Virus record (IMG/VR): IMGVR_UViG_3300017714_003662
Location: 3,945 to 67,944 of that record
Length of the DNA stretch: 64,000 bases
DNA from: a virus
Direction: 5' to 3' (one strand)
How positions within the stretch are numbered: the stretch's first letter is position 1; each line of letters begins with the position of its first letter. The translations under genes and the position numbers were made by a program. Below the pieces are notes generated by a model. That model made no database searches. It worked only from the letters and a program-made list of their open reading frames with translations, and had not been told where the DNA came from. This document shows positions 9,784 to 18,607 of this stretch, in pieces.

Positions 9784-9975
9784 TTATTTTTTATCTAAAA
9801 CTTGTTTACATTTATCAGATGCATAAGTTTTAAACCAACGTGGAGCAAATGCATGGAAAAAACAAGCATATGCTGCTTTCTCTAATTGCCATGATATCCA
9901 CATTGCATGCTTAAAATGTTGCCATCTTGTCATGTTAGCTTCTTCTAAATGTAATTTACACTGTTTACTAAACAT
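9784..9975 (-). CDS. 63-aa protein (DUF6356-like) inside the tmRNA intervening segment
   Basis: AAGGA SD then ATG at 9975: MFSKQCKLHLEEANMTRWQHFKHA...FHAFAPRWFKTYAS; H..H..HAxxP pattern. Confidence 0.8.
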   Translation of the reverse strand: MFSKQCKLHLEEANMTRWQHFKHAMWISWQLEKAAYACFFHAFAPRWFKTYASDKCKQVLDKK

Positions 9976-9997
9976 TGTATATTCCTTAATGTATTTT

Positions 9998-10056
9998 TGG
10001 TGGAGCTGCTCGGTACTGCCCCGAGGTCCAGTATGTGTCCACGTTACTTCAACGCC
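9998..10056 (-). ncRNA. ssrA: Two-piece tmRNA, acceptor piece
   Basis: T-arm CTCGG-GGCAGTA-CCGAG (alphaproteobacterial-type T loop) then CAGCTCCACCA, which pairs with GGGGCTG giving the G3.U70 Ala determinant. Confidence 0.92.
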
Positions 10057-10063
10057 AACAATG

Positions 10064-10093
10064 TATTTATACACTAATATAAAATTTTGTCAA
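10064..10093 (-). promoter_or_regulatory. tmRNA promoter: TTGACA-N16-TATAAATA (sigma70-type and late-type overlap)
   Basis: Motifs read directly, 7 nt upstream of the acceptor piece. Confidence 0.7.
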
Positions 10094-10110
10094 CCAAAAT
10101 AAATATTACT

Positions 10111-11241
10111 ATGAACAAATATTTTTGTAGTCTCCCGTGGGTCCATTTACGTTTAGATTCAAGTTACAACGGTCAAACAGGTGTAAGTCCATGTTGTAAA
10201 TTTGATTGTGAAGAATGGGATAAACTTAATTCAGAAAATCATGTAAAGTATGGATTACAAAATGCCATGAATACAAATCCATTTAAAAAAATTAGGAGTG
10301 ATATGCTGAATGGAATACCAACTCCTGGATGTATAGACTGTTATGAGGATGATAAGCTACTAGGAGGGTCGATGCGTTCGGCTGCAAATAATTCATATAA
10401 AATTACAAATAAAAATTTAACCACAGAATTTCTTCACACAGAGTATATCGAAGTTTTTTTAGATAATACATGCAACCTTGAATGTAGAATGTGCAGTTCA
10501 ATTAACTCAACTAAATTACGTAGACGTGATAAACTGTTAGGAGATACTGTGCATCCAAACGCAACTTGCGATCCAAATTTACTTGATGAACTAGATTTAA
10601 ATCTTGTAAGAAAAATCAAGCTAATTGGTGGCGAACCATTATTATCAAAACATCATTTACCATTCTTAAAAAAGTTTCCAGACCACAGTAAACTAAATCT
10701 GCTATACAATACTAATGCTACTATTATACCTAGTGGTGAAACTAGAGATATAATGGCAAGTGTTAATGAATTAAATTTTATAATTAGCTGTGATGGAATT
10801 TACAAATATAACGATTATCAAAGATGGGGAAGTAATTTTGAAAGTATTATTGAAAACGGATTAAAAATAAAAAACACATTTAAAAATATTAAATGGTTTA
10901 CGTTTTTAAATACATTCTCAATATTGAATCTAAATGCTTACAAAAAAACCATAGAATGGTTTAAAGAAAATAATCTCGATACTATGTCAAACTGGGGAGA
11001 AGGTGATCTCAGTGTTTGTTTTGCACCAGATTGGTATGAAGAATGGATACTACAAGAAAACGATTGTCCTGAAGTTAGAAGTTATTTTAATGAAAGATGT
11101 CTGAACAGAAAGTATGATCCAAAAAAATGGCAGAAGTTTATTGATTTAATAAAAATTACAGATAAAATGTATGGAACACGTTTAGAAGATTACAATCCCG
11201 AATTAGCAGAACAATTACATAAACACAAAATTTATATCTAA
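10111..11241 (+). CDS. Radical SAM protein with N-terminal twitch/SPASM-like domain
   Basis: FCSLPW..PCC..CxxC, CNLECRMC, IGGEPL; start moved to ATG 10111 (TAAATA-N5-ATG). Confidence 0.92.
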   Translation: MNKYFCSLPWVHLRLDSSYNGQTGVSPCCKFDCEEWDKLNSENHVKYGLQNAMNTNPFKKIRSDMLNGIPTPGCIDCYEDDKLLGGSMRSAANNSYKITNKNLTTEFLHTEYIEVFLDNTCNLECRMCSSINSTKLRRRDKLLGDTVHPNATCDPNLLDELDLNLVRKIKLIGGEPLLSKHHLPFLKKFPDHSKLNLLYNTNATIIPSGETRDIMASVNELNFIISCDGIYKYNDYQRWGSNFESIIENGLKIKNTFKNIKWFTFLNTFSILNLNAYKKTIEWFKENNLDTMSNWGEGDLSVCFAPDWYEEWILQENDCPEVRSYFNERCLNRKYDPKKWQKFIDLIKITDKMYGTRLEDYNPELAEQLHKHKIYI

Positions 11242-11255
11242 TGCTAAATACAAAT

Positions 11256-11570
11256 ATGTTAGAAGATCAAGCAATAGATTATTATAATTTAATTGAACCA
11301 TTACTTGCAATAATTATAGTTGGTGTAATAGGTCTTTGGATCAAAACATTCATAGAAGACTTAGTAGCAAGTATCAGATGGAAAATTAAACCAGGATTTG
11401 AACCTGGAGATGAATGTTTTTTAGATGGCGAGAAAGCTACTATAGTAAGTATTGGATATAGAGAAACTATATTTGAAATTGACAATGGCCGTGGAAAAGT
11501 ATGGCGCTATGTTGATAATAAACGTATACCAGCTATTAGACTGGAGAGAATAATTGCAAAAAAAAATTGA
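11256..11570 (+). CDS. Short MscS-like (mechanosensitive channel domain) protein
   Basis: TM helix then FEPGDECFLDGEKATIVSIG..T, MscS beta domain; start at ATG 11256. Confidence 0.6.
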   Translation: MLEDQAIDYYNLIEPLLAIIIVGVIGLWIKTFIEDLVASIRWKIKPGFEPGDECFLDGEKATIVSIGYRETIFEIDNGRGKVWRYVDNKRIPAIRLERIIAKKN

Positions 11571-12297
11571 TTGGGAATTAGCAAAAGTTTGTGCTGAATT
11601 CTGTGAACAAGCATATAAAGGACCAGACGAGTTTAAAAAGTTTTTATTTAAACGTGTAATAATGCATACACAATTAAAATACTTTGATAAAAATGGTGCC
11701 CAAGCATATGGTATTGTTATGCCAGATCAAGTTGCTATTATATTTAGAGGAACAGAGCCTAGCGAACTAAGTGATATATTAGCAGATATCAAAGCATGGA
11801 GATCAGAATCTGAAACTGTAGGTGAAGTTCATGCAGGATTCAAAGGTGAACTAGATAAAATATATCCAGAGATTGCTAAGTGGTTAACAAATCATGAGAA
11901 TAAAAAAATAGTAATATCAGGACACAGCCTAGGTGCTGCAATGGCAACATTGTTTGCAGCTAGAGTACACGAAGATAACAAAAATTTATTGTTATTTACA
12001 TTTGGTAGTCCACGTGCAGGAAACATAGAATGGTCTAAACAATTTAAAAACATCGAAGCTTATAGATTTGTAAATACAAATGATATTGTATGCACAGTTC
12101 CTCCATATGGATTCTATACACATGTTGGTGAATTACACTATATGAGTTACAAAGGAACTATTTTAACAAAAACAACATTTTGGCAAAGATTAGGTGACAA
12201 GTTTAGAGGAAGATTACGTGCTTGGCAGAAACGTCAACTGTTTAGTGGAATATACGATCATATGGGAAAAAGATATATTAAGAAAATTAAGAAATAA
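11554..12297 (+). CDS. Class 3 lipase
   Basis: IFRGT, VHAGF, GHSLGAAMA nucleophile elbow, TFGSPRAG, DIV, H. Confidence 0.92.
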   Translation: MQKKIDWELAKVCAEFCEQAYKGPDEFKKFLFKRVIMHTQLKYFDKNGAQAYGIVMPDQVAIIFRGTEPSELSDILADIKAWRSESETVGEVHAGFKGELDKIYPEIAKWLTNHENKKIVISGHSLGAAMATLFAARVHEDNKNLLLFTFGSPRAGNIEWSKQFKNIEAYRFVNTNDIVCTVPPYGFYTHVGELHYMSYKGTILTKTTFWQRLGDKFRGRLRAWQKRQLFSGIYDHMGKRYIKKIKK

Positions 12298-13264
12298 CAA
12301 TCTCTTCAGTTGTTTCACCGTGTTTCCATATACCATCTAATTGCTTTACAACACATTTATTATTATGTTGAGTTATAGTGGAATCTAGTTGATCCTGACT
12401 ACCAACCATACTAGCAGGAATAGCACTATAACAGGGTAATGGATTTTTTTCCATTGCTAACATCATCATATGTTGGATACCATTATATCTCCAGTTATAG
12501 CCAATTCTATCATCAATACCTCTAGCAAATCCATCATATCTAATTGCATCCCAAATAGTAAAACGTATACTTTCACTATCTGCTTCAATAACTTCATTAT
12601 TGTCTACACCTATGATATTATTTTTTTCATCTACAATTACAGCATGTCCATCAAGCACTGTTTTTTGTCCTTGTGCTAAATTAATAAATTGTTCATCCCA
12701 ACATTCCCAACCTTCAATTATATCTCCGGTTTTATTCCTATAACTTATAGTATCCTCGTCAATAATAATGTTGACTCTTAAACCTGTACTAATTGGTTGC
12801 ACACATGCTGGAAAGTTTTGATAATCAGATACGTCAGCAACACTACATGTTCTAATAGGATATTCCATAATTAGGTTTTCCCAAACACTGTTGATGGTTG
12901 ATATTTCTAAACCTAAATCAAGATCTTGTCTAACCAAATCTAAAAATAAAGGTGCTTCAACATCATCAATATGTTGCAAAGCCATATTACAACTAAATTG
13001 TCTTTCTCTGGGATCTAATTTATTTGCAACTATGTCATCTACAATATGTAGAAACTTGCTTATACCCATTCCAAACTTTTTACCAGATTTTGTTGTCTTA
13101 AAATCTTGCATTTTTAAATTGATCCAAGGATTATAAGCAATACTTACAATACGTTCTAACATTTTTTCTTTTTTGTATTTGGTCAACAATTTACATTTCT
13201 CTGACTGATCAGTCATAGATTGAAGATCTTTAACTATTGTAGAAATTAAATGTGTCTTACCCAT
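12287..13264 (-). CDS. Degenerate ATP-dependent DNA ligase homolog (no catalytic Lys, no OB domain)
   Basis: T4 gp30-like N-terminal domain, LDG, WDAI, VVKQLDGIWK; motif I reads QPISTGLRV instead of KxDGxR. Confidence 0.65.
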   Translation of the reverse strand: MGKTHLISTIVKDLQSMTDQSEKCKLLTKYKKEKMLERIVSIAYNPWINLKMQDFKTTKSGKKFGMGISKFLHIVDDIVANKLDPRERQFSCNMALQHIDDVEAPLFLDLVRQDLDLGLEISTINSVWENLIMEYPIRTCSVADVSDYQNFPACVQPISTGLRVNIIIDEDTISYRNKTGDIIEGWECWDEQFINLAQGQKTVLDGHAVIVDEKNNIIGVDNNEVIEADSESIRFTIWDAIRYDGFARGIDDRIGYNWRYNGIQHMMMLAMEKNPLPCYSAIPASMVGSQDQLDSTITQHNNKCVVKQLDGIWKHGETTEEIVIS

Positions 13265-13365
13265 ATAATTATTTATCTAATTAAAATAGCTGTTAATTAA
13301 TAATATATATGGTTAACTTGGCTATATAACCATTTAAATATATGCAGCAACTAAGGAGAGTTCAA

Positions 13366-13848
13366 ATGGTAGATCCAGTTAGCGCCATTGGTCTGGCCAC
13401 GGCCGCCTTTAAAGGCATCAAAGCAGCTATTAGTACAGGTAAAGACTTACACGACATGGGTAGGACACTTAACCAGTGGGCAACTAGTATGAGTGATATA
13501 GACTTTGCTCATAGACAAGCAGAAAACCCACCAATGTTTAAAAAACTATTTGGAGCAAGCAAGCTAGAACAAAATGCTTTAGAAATTTGGGGACATAAAC
13601 AAAAAGCAAAAGAAATGAGAGAAGAACTAAGATCTCATATTAGCTTATTTTATGGTCCATCAGCTTGGAAAGAGATTGTTGAAATAGAAGCACAAATGCG
13701 TAGAGAACGTAAAGCAGCAGTATATGCTGCAGAAGAAAGAAAACAAAATATAATTGAATGGTGTGTAGGATTATTACTTGCAGGCGTAATGACAGGTGTT
13801 ATTGTTTTAATTATATGGCTTGTTGGCAAAGGACAAGGAAGATGGTAA
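13366..13848 (+). CDS. Conserved phage protein with C-terminal TM anchor
   Basis: AAGGAG SD before ATG 13366 (MVDPVSAIG). Confidence 0.75.
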   Translation: MVDPVSAIGLATAAFKGIKAAISTGKDLHDMGRTLNQWATSMSDIDFAHRQAENPPMFKKLFGASKLEQNALEIWGHKQKAKEMREELRSHISLFYGPSAWKEIVEIEAQMRRERKAAVYAAEERKQNIIEWCVGLLLAGVMTGVIVLIIWLVGKGQGRW

Positions 13849-13852
13849 TAAG

Positions 13853-13884
13853 ATAAAAGAGCAGTGATATCACTGCTCTTTTAT
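13853..13884. terminator. Bidirectional terminator; perfect 32-bp palindrome
   Basis: ATAAAAGAGCAGTGATATCACTGCTCTTTTAT between convergent genes. Confidence 0.8.
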
Positions 13885-13928
13885 ATGTTTAAAAATTTCT
13901 TCCCACATGTCTACTGTAAAAATCCACA

Positions 13929-14114
13929 TTATGTATTATTTGAATTTTGAATTTTTTTGATTTCCATCATACACTTTTTCGATTCCTCTTGGTAACCAGC
14001 TCTTGCGAGCTCCGCTGCCGCTCTCGAGTAACCAGCTATCTGCGTATAGCGGTCTAATGCTGACCACAATCCAGACAATGGCGAAAATACAAAGTTTTGA
14101 ACTAATGCTGTCAT
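13929..14114 (-). CDS. Small protein, third gene of the DUF1127 operon
   Basis: TAATG coupling to the DUF1127 gene; GYSRAAAELARAGY. Confidence 0.7.
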   Translation of the reverse strand: MTALVQNFVFSPLSGLWSALDRYTQIAGYSRAAAELARAGYQEESKKCMMEIKKIQNSNNT

Positions 14115-14374
14115 TAAACCCATCCTCGTAAATTACTATTTGATTCAGTTTTTGTTTCTGTTGTATCATTGTGAAATGTACCAATTGAAACTGCACGTAT
14201 ATCACTACGACCTATACCAATATCCCATAGTTCTCTATCAGTAAGTCCGTTTAGTTTATTATATGTTTCACGCTGTATGCGTTTTTGAGCTGCTCTACGT
14301 CTCCAGTCAGAAAATAGTTCTCCGATGGATGAAATGTTAAGCCAATTTGATGCTGTTAAAATTACTTGTGTCAT
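14114..14374 (-). CDS. DUF1127 (YjiS-like) small RNA-binding protein
   Basis: WRRRAAQKR..LNGLTDRELWDIGIGRSDI signature. Confidence 0.9.
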   Translation of the reverse strand: MTQVILTASNWLNISSIGELFSDWRRRAAQKRIQRETYNKLNGLTDRELWDIGIGRSDIRAVSIGTFHNDTTETKTESNSNLRGWV

Positions 14375-14541
14375 TAGTAGTATATTCCTCTTTTTGGGCC
14401 TTTGCCTGTTAGTTTAATTTCATAGTATGCGAATTCCCAATCTTTTGAGTATTCTGTTTTTGCCCATGTGAGTATATCATTATCGTTGAGTTTCTTACGC
14501 CCAAACATGCTCACAAGGCTCCCGTATAGCTTTCTTGCCAT
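14374..14541 (-). CDS. 55-aa protein (below ORF-track cutoff)
   Basis: AAGGAG SD; MARKLYGSLVSMFGRKKLNDNDILTWAKTEY...GIYY*, TAATG-coupled to DUF1127. Confidence 0.75.
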   Translation of the reverse strand: MARKLYGSLVSMFGRKKLNDNDILTWAKTEYSKDWEFAYYEIKLTGKGPKRGIYY

Positions 14542-14544
14542 AGT

Positions 14545-14652
14545 AGTCTCCTTTAGTTTTTATGATGCTTGAGGGAAGCAATACCCCGGTCTGTTTCCGG
14601 CGTCACTAAGTCTTTCCCTAGTGCCACTCATTTTTTCTAAGCTGAGGTCGCT
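14545..14652 (-). ncRNA. Candidate structured 5' leader or sRNA
   Basis: GC-rich island with stems CTCA/TGAG, CACTAGG/CTTAGTG, CCGG/CCGG, TGCTT-CCCTC-AAGCA. Confidence 0.55.
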
Positions 14653-14775
14653 TTGGTAATAGAAATTTAGTTTAGCACAACTTTTAATTTATTACAATGA
14701 TATTTATCAGAGATATAGCAGGATTGCTTACATATTATTGCAAAGACGATATGCGTGTAGTGCATACATTACAAT

Positions 14776-14806
14776 AAAAAAGCAAGCAATAAGAATATTG
14801 CTTGCT
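14776..14806 (-). terminator. Intrinsic terminator after the haloperoxidase
   Basis: AGCAAGCAATA-TTCT-TATTGCTTGCT followed by T-run on the minus strand. Confidence 0.8.
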
Positions 14807-14830
14807 ATATAGTATTAAAATATTTTAATA

Positions 14831-16399
14831 TTAAACTGTTACTGATACTCCATCAAATCCAACAATAGTAATATTACCACGTGATTCAATTTGTCTGCTT
14901 ATATAGTCTTTAAAGTATGCAATAGCAACTTTCTGTCCTAGCATCATACCACAGTCGCCATCTGCACGATAGTGAACACCTGCAATGTTACGACCAATTG
15001 CAATATTTGCTGCAAGTTTATTAAGCTCTCCATGAACTGTTAGGTCACCTGAATCGGAGCGAGTATAACTTATTAGTGAGTCACCTGTTGTTGAATGTTG
15101 AACTGCACTATAATTACCCATTGTTGACCAATTTTCATCTGCATACATTAGTTTCAATATCGTTGCATTTGCACCTGCAATCACAGCATGACCTGCTGGA
15201 TATGATGGATGTGTTGGCGAACCTTCTGCATATAGTAATGGTAAGAAAGGTGCATTGTCGCCACCGTTTGCTTGGTTAAATGCCTTTACTGCATCAACTG
15301 TTGACTGTGCATTATTTAAAAGTGATGCAGCTTGGTATACTGGTGTATCACCTGACATACCTGTTGCAACACGAGCTGCCATTGTTTCAGGACGTAGTTT
15401 ACAGTGATGTCTCCATTTCTGTACCCATGATGCTGTTAACGCATTAGCTGATACTGCTGCAACCGCTGTTGCTTGAAATGCTGGGCCTGCATTAGTTAAA
15501 AATGCACCACTATTTGACGGATCAACATTTGTGTATGCTGTGTGTCTTGTACCGCCATGTGCTAGCATTGCTGCTGCATAATAAAAATGTTGATATACAA
15601 AGTCACTGTGAACAAGTGTTCCTAGCCCACGACCATTAAAAATATATTTTGGAGATGAATCTGCTTGCTGTGCTACTGGAACAGCCCCGTCTGCTATACT
15701 TTTAAAGTTTGTTTTTGTGTTACCATAAATGCCATTATGGACATTATATTTTTGTGTAACTGTATGGGCGCCTAATGCAAAGTCATGTGCAAGGAATTGT
15801 GAAATATATGGGCCTGCTAAACAACCAGGTGCTACGCCACGAAATAGTTCTGCACGTGTTAATGCTCCACTTGTTCCATTCACTGGTCCTTTGTATTCTG
15901 CACCAAATGCATTTAAGTTTGTTACGGCACGGTCTGCTGCTGTGTTTGTAACACCAAAGTTAAGATCATTAAATGAGGTATCTCTTTGGATATTCATTTC
16001 ATAAACTTCGACCATTTCTCCTGCACCCCAATCGCTATCAAGTGTAGGTGGCGCCGGCATTGTCATACCATATGCATCTTGTCCTGTTATTTCACATGCA
16101 AATGCACCCAATGGGTTTGCTAATTTACGTGTAGCATTTGAAGAAAGACTTACATTTTCTAAATCTTGTTTGGTTCCACGTTCCATTGCTAATGCTAGTT
16201 TTACAACATCTGCTTCGCTTGGCAGTAGGGTTGTTGAGTTATGATCTAATGTTTTGCTAAACATAGATTCTGTTTTTAATGTTGTTATATCGTTATTAAC
16301 AGCCTGGTCACGTTCGAACCCACTCATAGCATCTGCTAATCTTTGAGTTCGTTCTTTACGAAATCTGCTGATCGAATAATCTTCTTCTCTTTTGGACAT
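14831..16399 (-). CDS. Vanadium-dependent haloperoxidase (algal/cyanobacterial VBPO type)
   Basis: QKWRHHCKLRPE, EGSPTHPSYPAGHA, ELNKLAANIAIGRNIAGVHYRAD, GPYISQF, GRGLGTLVHSD. Confidence 0.93.
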   Translation of the reverse strand: MSKREEDYSISRFRKERTQRLADAMSGFERDQAVNNDITTLKTESMFSKTLDHNSTTLLPSEADVVKLALAMERGTKQDLENVSLSSNATRKLANPLGAFACEITGQDAYGMTMPAPPTLDSDWGAGEMVEVYEMNIQRDTSFNDLNFGVTNTAADRAVTNLNAFGAEYKGPVNGTSGALTRAELFRGVAPGCLAGPYISQFLAHDFALGAHTVTQKYNVHNGIYGNTKTNFKSIADGAVPVAQQADSSPKYIFNGRGLGTLVHSDFVYQHFYYAAAMLAHGGTRHTAYTNVDPSNSGAFLTNAGPAFQATAVAAVSANALTASWVQKWRHHCKLRPETMAARVATGMSGDTPVYQAASLLNNAQSTVDAVKAFNQANGGDNAPFLPLLYAEGSPTHPSYPAGHAVIAGANATILKLMYADENWSTMGNYSAVQHSTTGDSLISYTRSDSGDLTVHGELNKLAANIAIGRNIAGVHYRADGDCGMMLGQKVAIAYFKDYISRQIESRGNITIVGFDGVSVTV

Positions 16400-16427
16400 A
16401 TAGCTTTCTCCTTTGAACTAACTATAT

Positions 16428-17606
16428 TTATTTAATAGTAGAAGATTCGTATACACCGTTATATTGATTATTTACTAAAATAAATGTTGCACATTTACTA
16501 ATATTCTTTAATCTATTTGCACCTACGTATGTGCATGTGCTTCTAATACCACCTAGTATGTCTTGCATTGTATTTGCAATTTTACCTCTATATGGAACTA
16601 AAGCTTCTCTACCTTCGCTTGATCTATAATCTTTGAGTCCGCCAAAATGCTTTTTATTAGCTGCATCGCTACTCATACCGTAAAACTGAACATAATGCTT
16701 TTGTTCAACACGGCGTGTTTCTTTTGTTTGGTCGCCCACATATTCACGTATAATCTCATTTGTTTCGTAATACTTTGTAATCACTTCGCCACCGCCCTCA
16801 TCGTGTCCTGCTAACATTCCTCCTAGCATTACAAAATCTGCTCCGCCTGCAAACGCTTTAGCTACATCCCCCGAACATGTACAACCACCATCAGCAATAA
16901 CAAGCCCACCAAGCCCATGAGCAGCATCTGCACACTCCATGACTGCGGATAATTGCGGATAACCAATACCAGTTTTAATACGGGTCGTACAAACCGACCC
17001 AGGGCCAATCCCCACTTTAACAATATCTGCTCCACTTAAGATTAACTCCTGTGTTTGATCTGATGTAACTACGTTACCAGCAATGATTACTATATTAGGA
17101 TATAGACTACGAAATTCTCTCACAAAGTCAGTAAAACGTTCACTATAACCATTTGCTACATCAATACATACAAATTTTATAGTGTGTGCTTGTTCGTATA
17201 CTGTACGAAACTTTTCATGATCTCGATCTGTAATTCCCATACTGTATGCAACAAAATCAGATCTTTGTGGATTGTTAGGATCATCAAAGAAGTTTACTAA
17301 ATCATTTACCTCATATGTTTTTACTAAACATGTAAACATTTTTTGGCTAGCAAGTATATCTGCCATTTTAAATGTTCCTACACCGTCCATATTAGCAGCC
17401 ATAATAGGAACACCACGCCAATCTCTATCTTGATTTTGTACAACAGGATATCCATCAGGTAACACATCTTTTGCCACATAAGGTTTATAATTACAAAATG
17501 TAAAACCACGTTCTAAATCTACTTCTTTACGACTTCCTAATGTACTACGTTTTGGACGTATTAATACATCACTGTAGTCAAGTTTTACTTCTGTTTCAAT
17601 TCTCAT
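16428..17606 (-). CDS. guaC: GMP reductase
   Basis: KLDYSDVLIRPKRSTL, MAANMDGVG, IDVANGYS, GIGPGSVCTTR, FYGMSS, YRSSEG; start at ATG 17606. Confidence 0.95.
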   Translation of the reverse strand: MRIETEVKLDYSDVLIRPKRSTLGSRKEVDLERGFTFCNYKPYVAKDVLPDGYPVVQNQDRDWRGVPIMAANMDGVGTFKMADILASQKMFTCLVKTYEVNDLVNFFDDPNNPQRSDFVAYSMGITDRDHEKFRTVYEQAHTIKFVCIDVANGYSERFTDFVREFRSLYPNIVIIAGNVVTSDQTQELILSGADIVKVGIGPGSVCTTRIKTGIGYPQLSAVMECADAAHGLGGLVIADGGCTCSGDVAKAFAGGADFVMLGGMLAGHDEGGGEVITKYYETNEIIREYVGDQTKETRRVEQKHYVQFYGMSSDAANKKHFGGLKDYRSSEGREALVPYRGKIANTMQDILGGIRSTCTYVGANRLKNISKCATFILVNNQYNGVYESSTIK

Positions 17607-18022
17607 TTGTTTTCCTTTTCGCATACACGTCTACGCAAATCACTACTACTGAATCTATGTTCACGTTTATTAAAGTATACCTCAATTCCTCTTGCGGCAC
17701 AGGTAGCTCTGCCTGTAAATTCTTTTTCTCTGTACTCTTCTCCCAAGAATCTAACATCTATTTGAAACAGTTCAAGTATATCAATTAGATCTTCTTCTGT
17801 TTGATATGGAACTATTTCGTCAACAAACTTTAATGCATTAAGTTGTGCATAACGTTCTACCATTGTCTGTATTGGTTTATTTTTTGTATCAGGTCTATCG
17901 ATTGTTGGGTCGCTTTGTAGTCCAACAATTAAGTAATCGCAATTTGCCTTTGCTTCTCTAAGCATACCTATATGACCAGCATGAAGCAAATCAAATGTGC
18001 TAAATGTAATTCCTACTTTCAT
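17603..18022 (-). CDS. Glycerol-3-phosphate cytidylyltransferase-like (TagD family)
   Basis: STFDLLHAGH (HxGH), FSSSDLR. Confidence 0.88.
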   Translation of the reverse strand: MKVGITFSTFDLLHAGHIGMLREAKANCDYLIVGLQSDPTIDRPDTKNKPIQTMVERYAQLNALKFVDEIVPYQTEEDLIDILELFQIDVRFLGEEYREKEFTGRATCAARGIEVYFNKREHRFSSSDLRRRVCEKENK

Positions 18023-18213
18023 TTTTTATCTTTTAGTTTCATATGTTGTTTAGTAAACCATACAGGAACTTCGGGGTTTAAGTCAATTAATTCTTGCTCT
18101 GTATATGTTTCAGGAAGACGCACTCCATGTTCTTTAAACTTTTCATAAAAAAAGTCGGCTAATTCGTCTTTGTGTTTATTCCGATATGGAGATTTTTTAG
18201 TCCAATTTTTCAT
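18019..18213 (-). CDS. Hypothetical protein
   Basis: ORF overlapping both neighbours in an operon. Confidence 0.6.
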   Translation of the reverse strand: MKNWTKKSPYRNKHKDELADFFYEKFKEHGVRLPETYTEQELIDLNPEVPVWFTKQHMKLKDKK

Positions 18214-18607
18214 TACGCATTGCCTTTTTCTCTAAACTTAATTTTTCTTTTGCACTCATTGCATATGCAGCTCCCGCTAATAAAACAATAGCACCTGCTT
18301 CTGCTAAAAGTGTTAGTGGCTCTCCGTCTTTACTGTGTAGAATAATCAATCTACACAACGCTGTCATTGCAATAATGATTGGCAGTGTAACTGGTATTCT
18401 ATTGCTGATATAGTAAGCACCCACCATGCCTACAATCTCTGTATAAATGAAAAGCAAAAATAAATCAGCAAGTGCTATATTACGTGTCTGCCACATACCC
18501 CACACTTCTAATAATGCAGCTACTACTGTTAACATACCAATACCTCCTAGCATTAGCTTTTCGGTAATTGTAGTTGTCCAATGTAGTCTTTTATTTAAGT
18601 TGTTCAT
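18197..18607 (-). CDS. Phosphate-starvation-inducible PsiE family membrane protein
   Basis: LADLFLLFIYTEIVGMV..Y..RIPVTLPIIIAMTALCRLII. Confidence 0.8.
   Translation of the reverse strand: MNNLNKRLHWTTTITEKLMLGGIGMLTVVAALLEVWGMWQTRNIALADLFLLFIYTEIVGMVGAYYISNRIPVTLPIIIAMTALCRLIILHSKDGEPLTLLAEAGAIVLLAGAAYAMSAKEKLSLEKKAMRNEKLD

Noticed and set aside
9784-10074. 96-aa ORF-track call
   Set aside because: Its 5' extension runs through the tmRNA promoter and acceptor piece; the SD-supported start is ATG 9975.
13853-13884. Perfect 32-bp palindrome as origin or recombination site
   Set aside because: Position between convergent genes with T-runs on both strands is fully explained by a bidirectional terminator.
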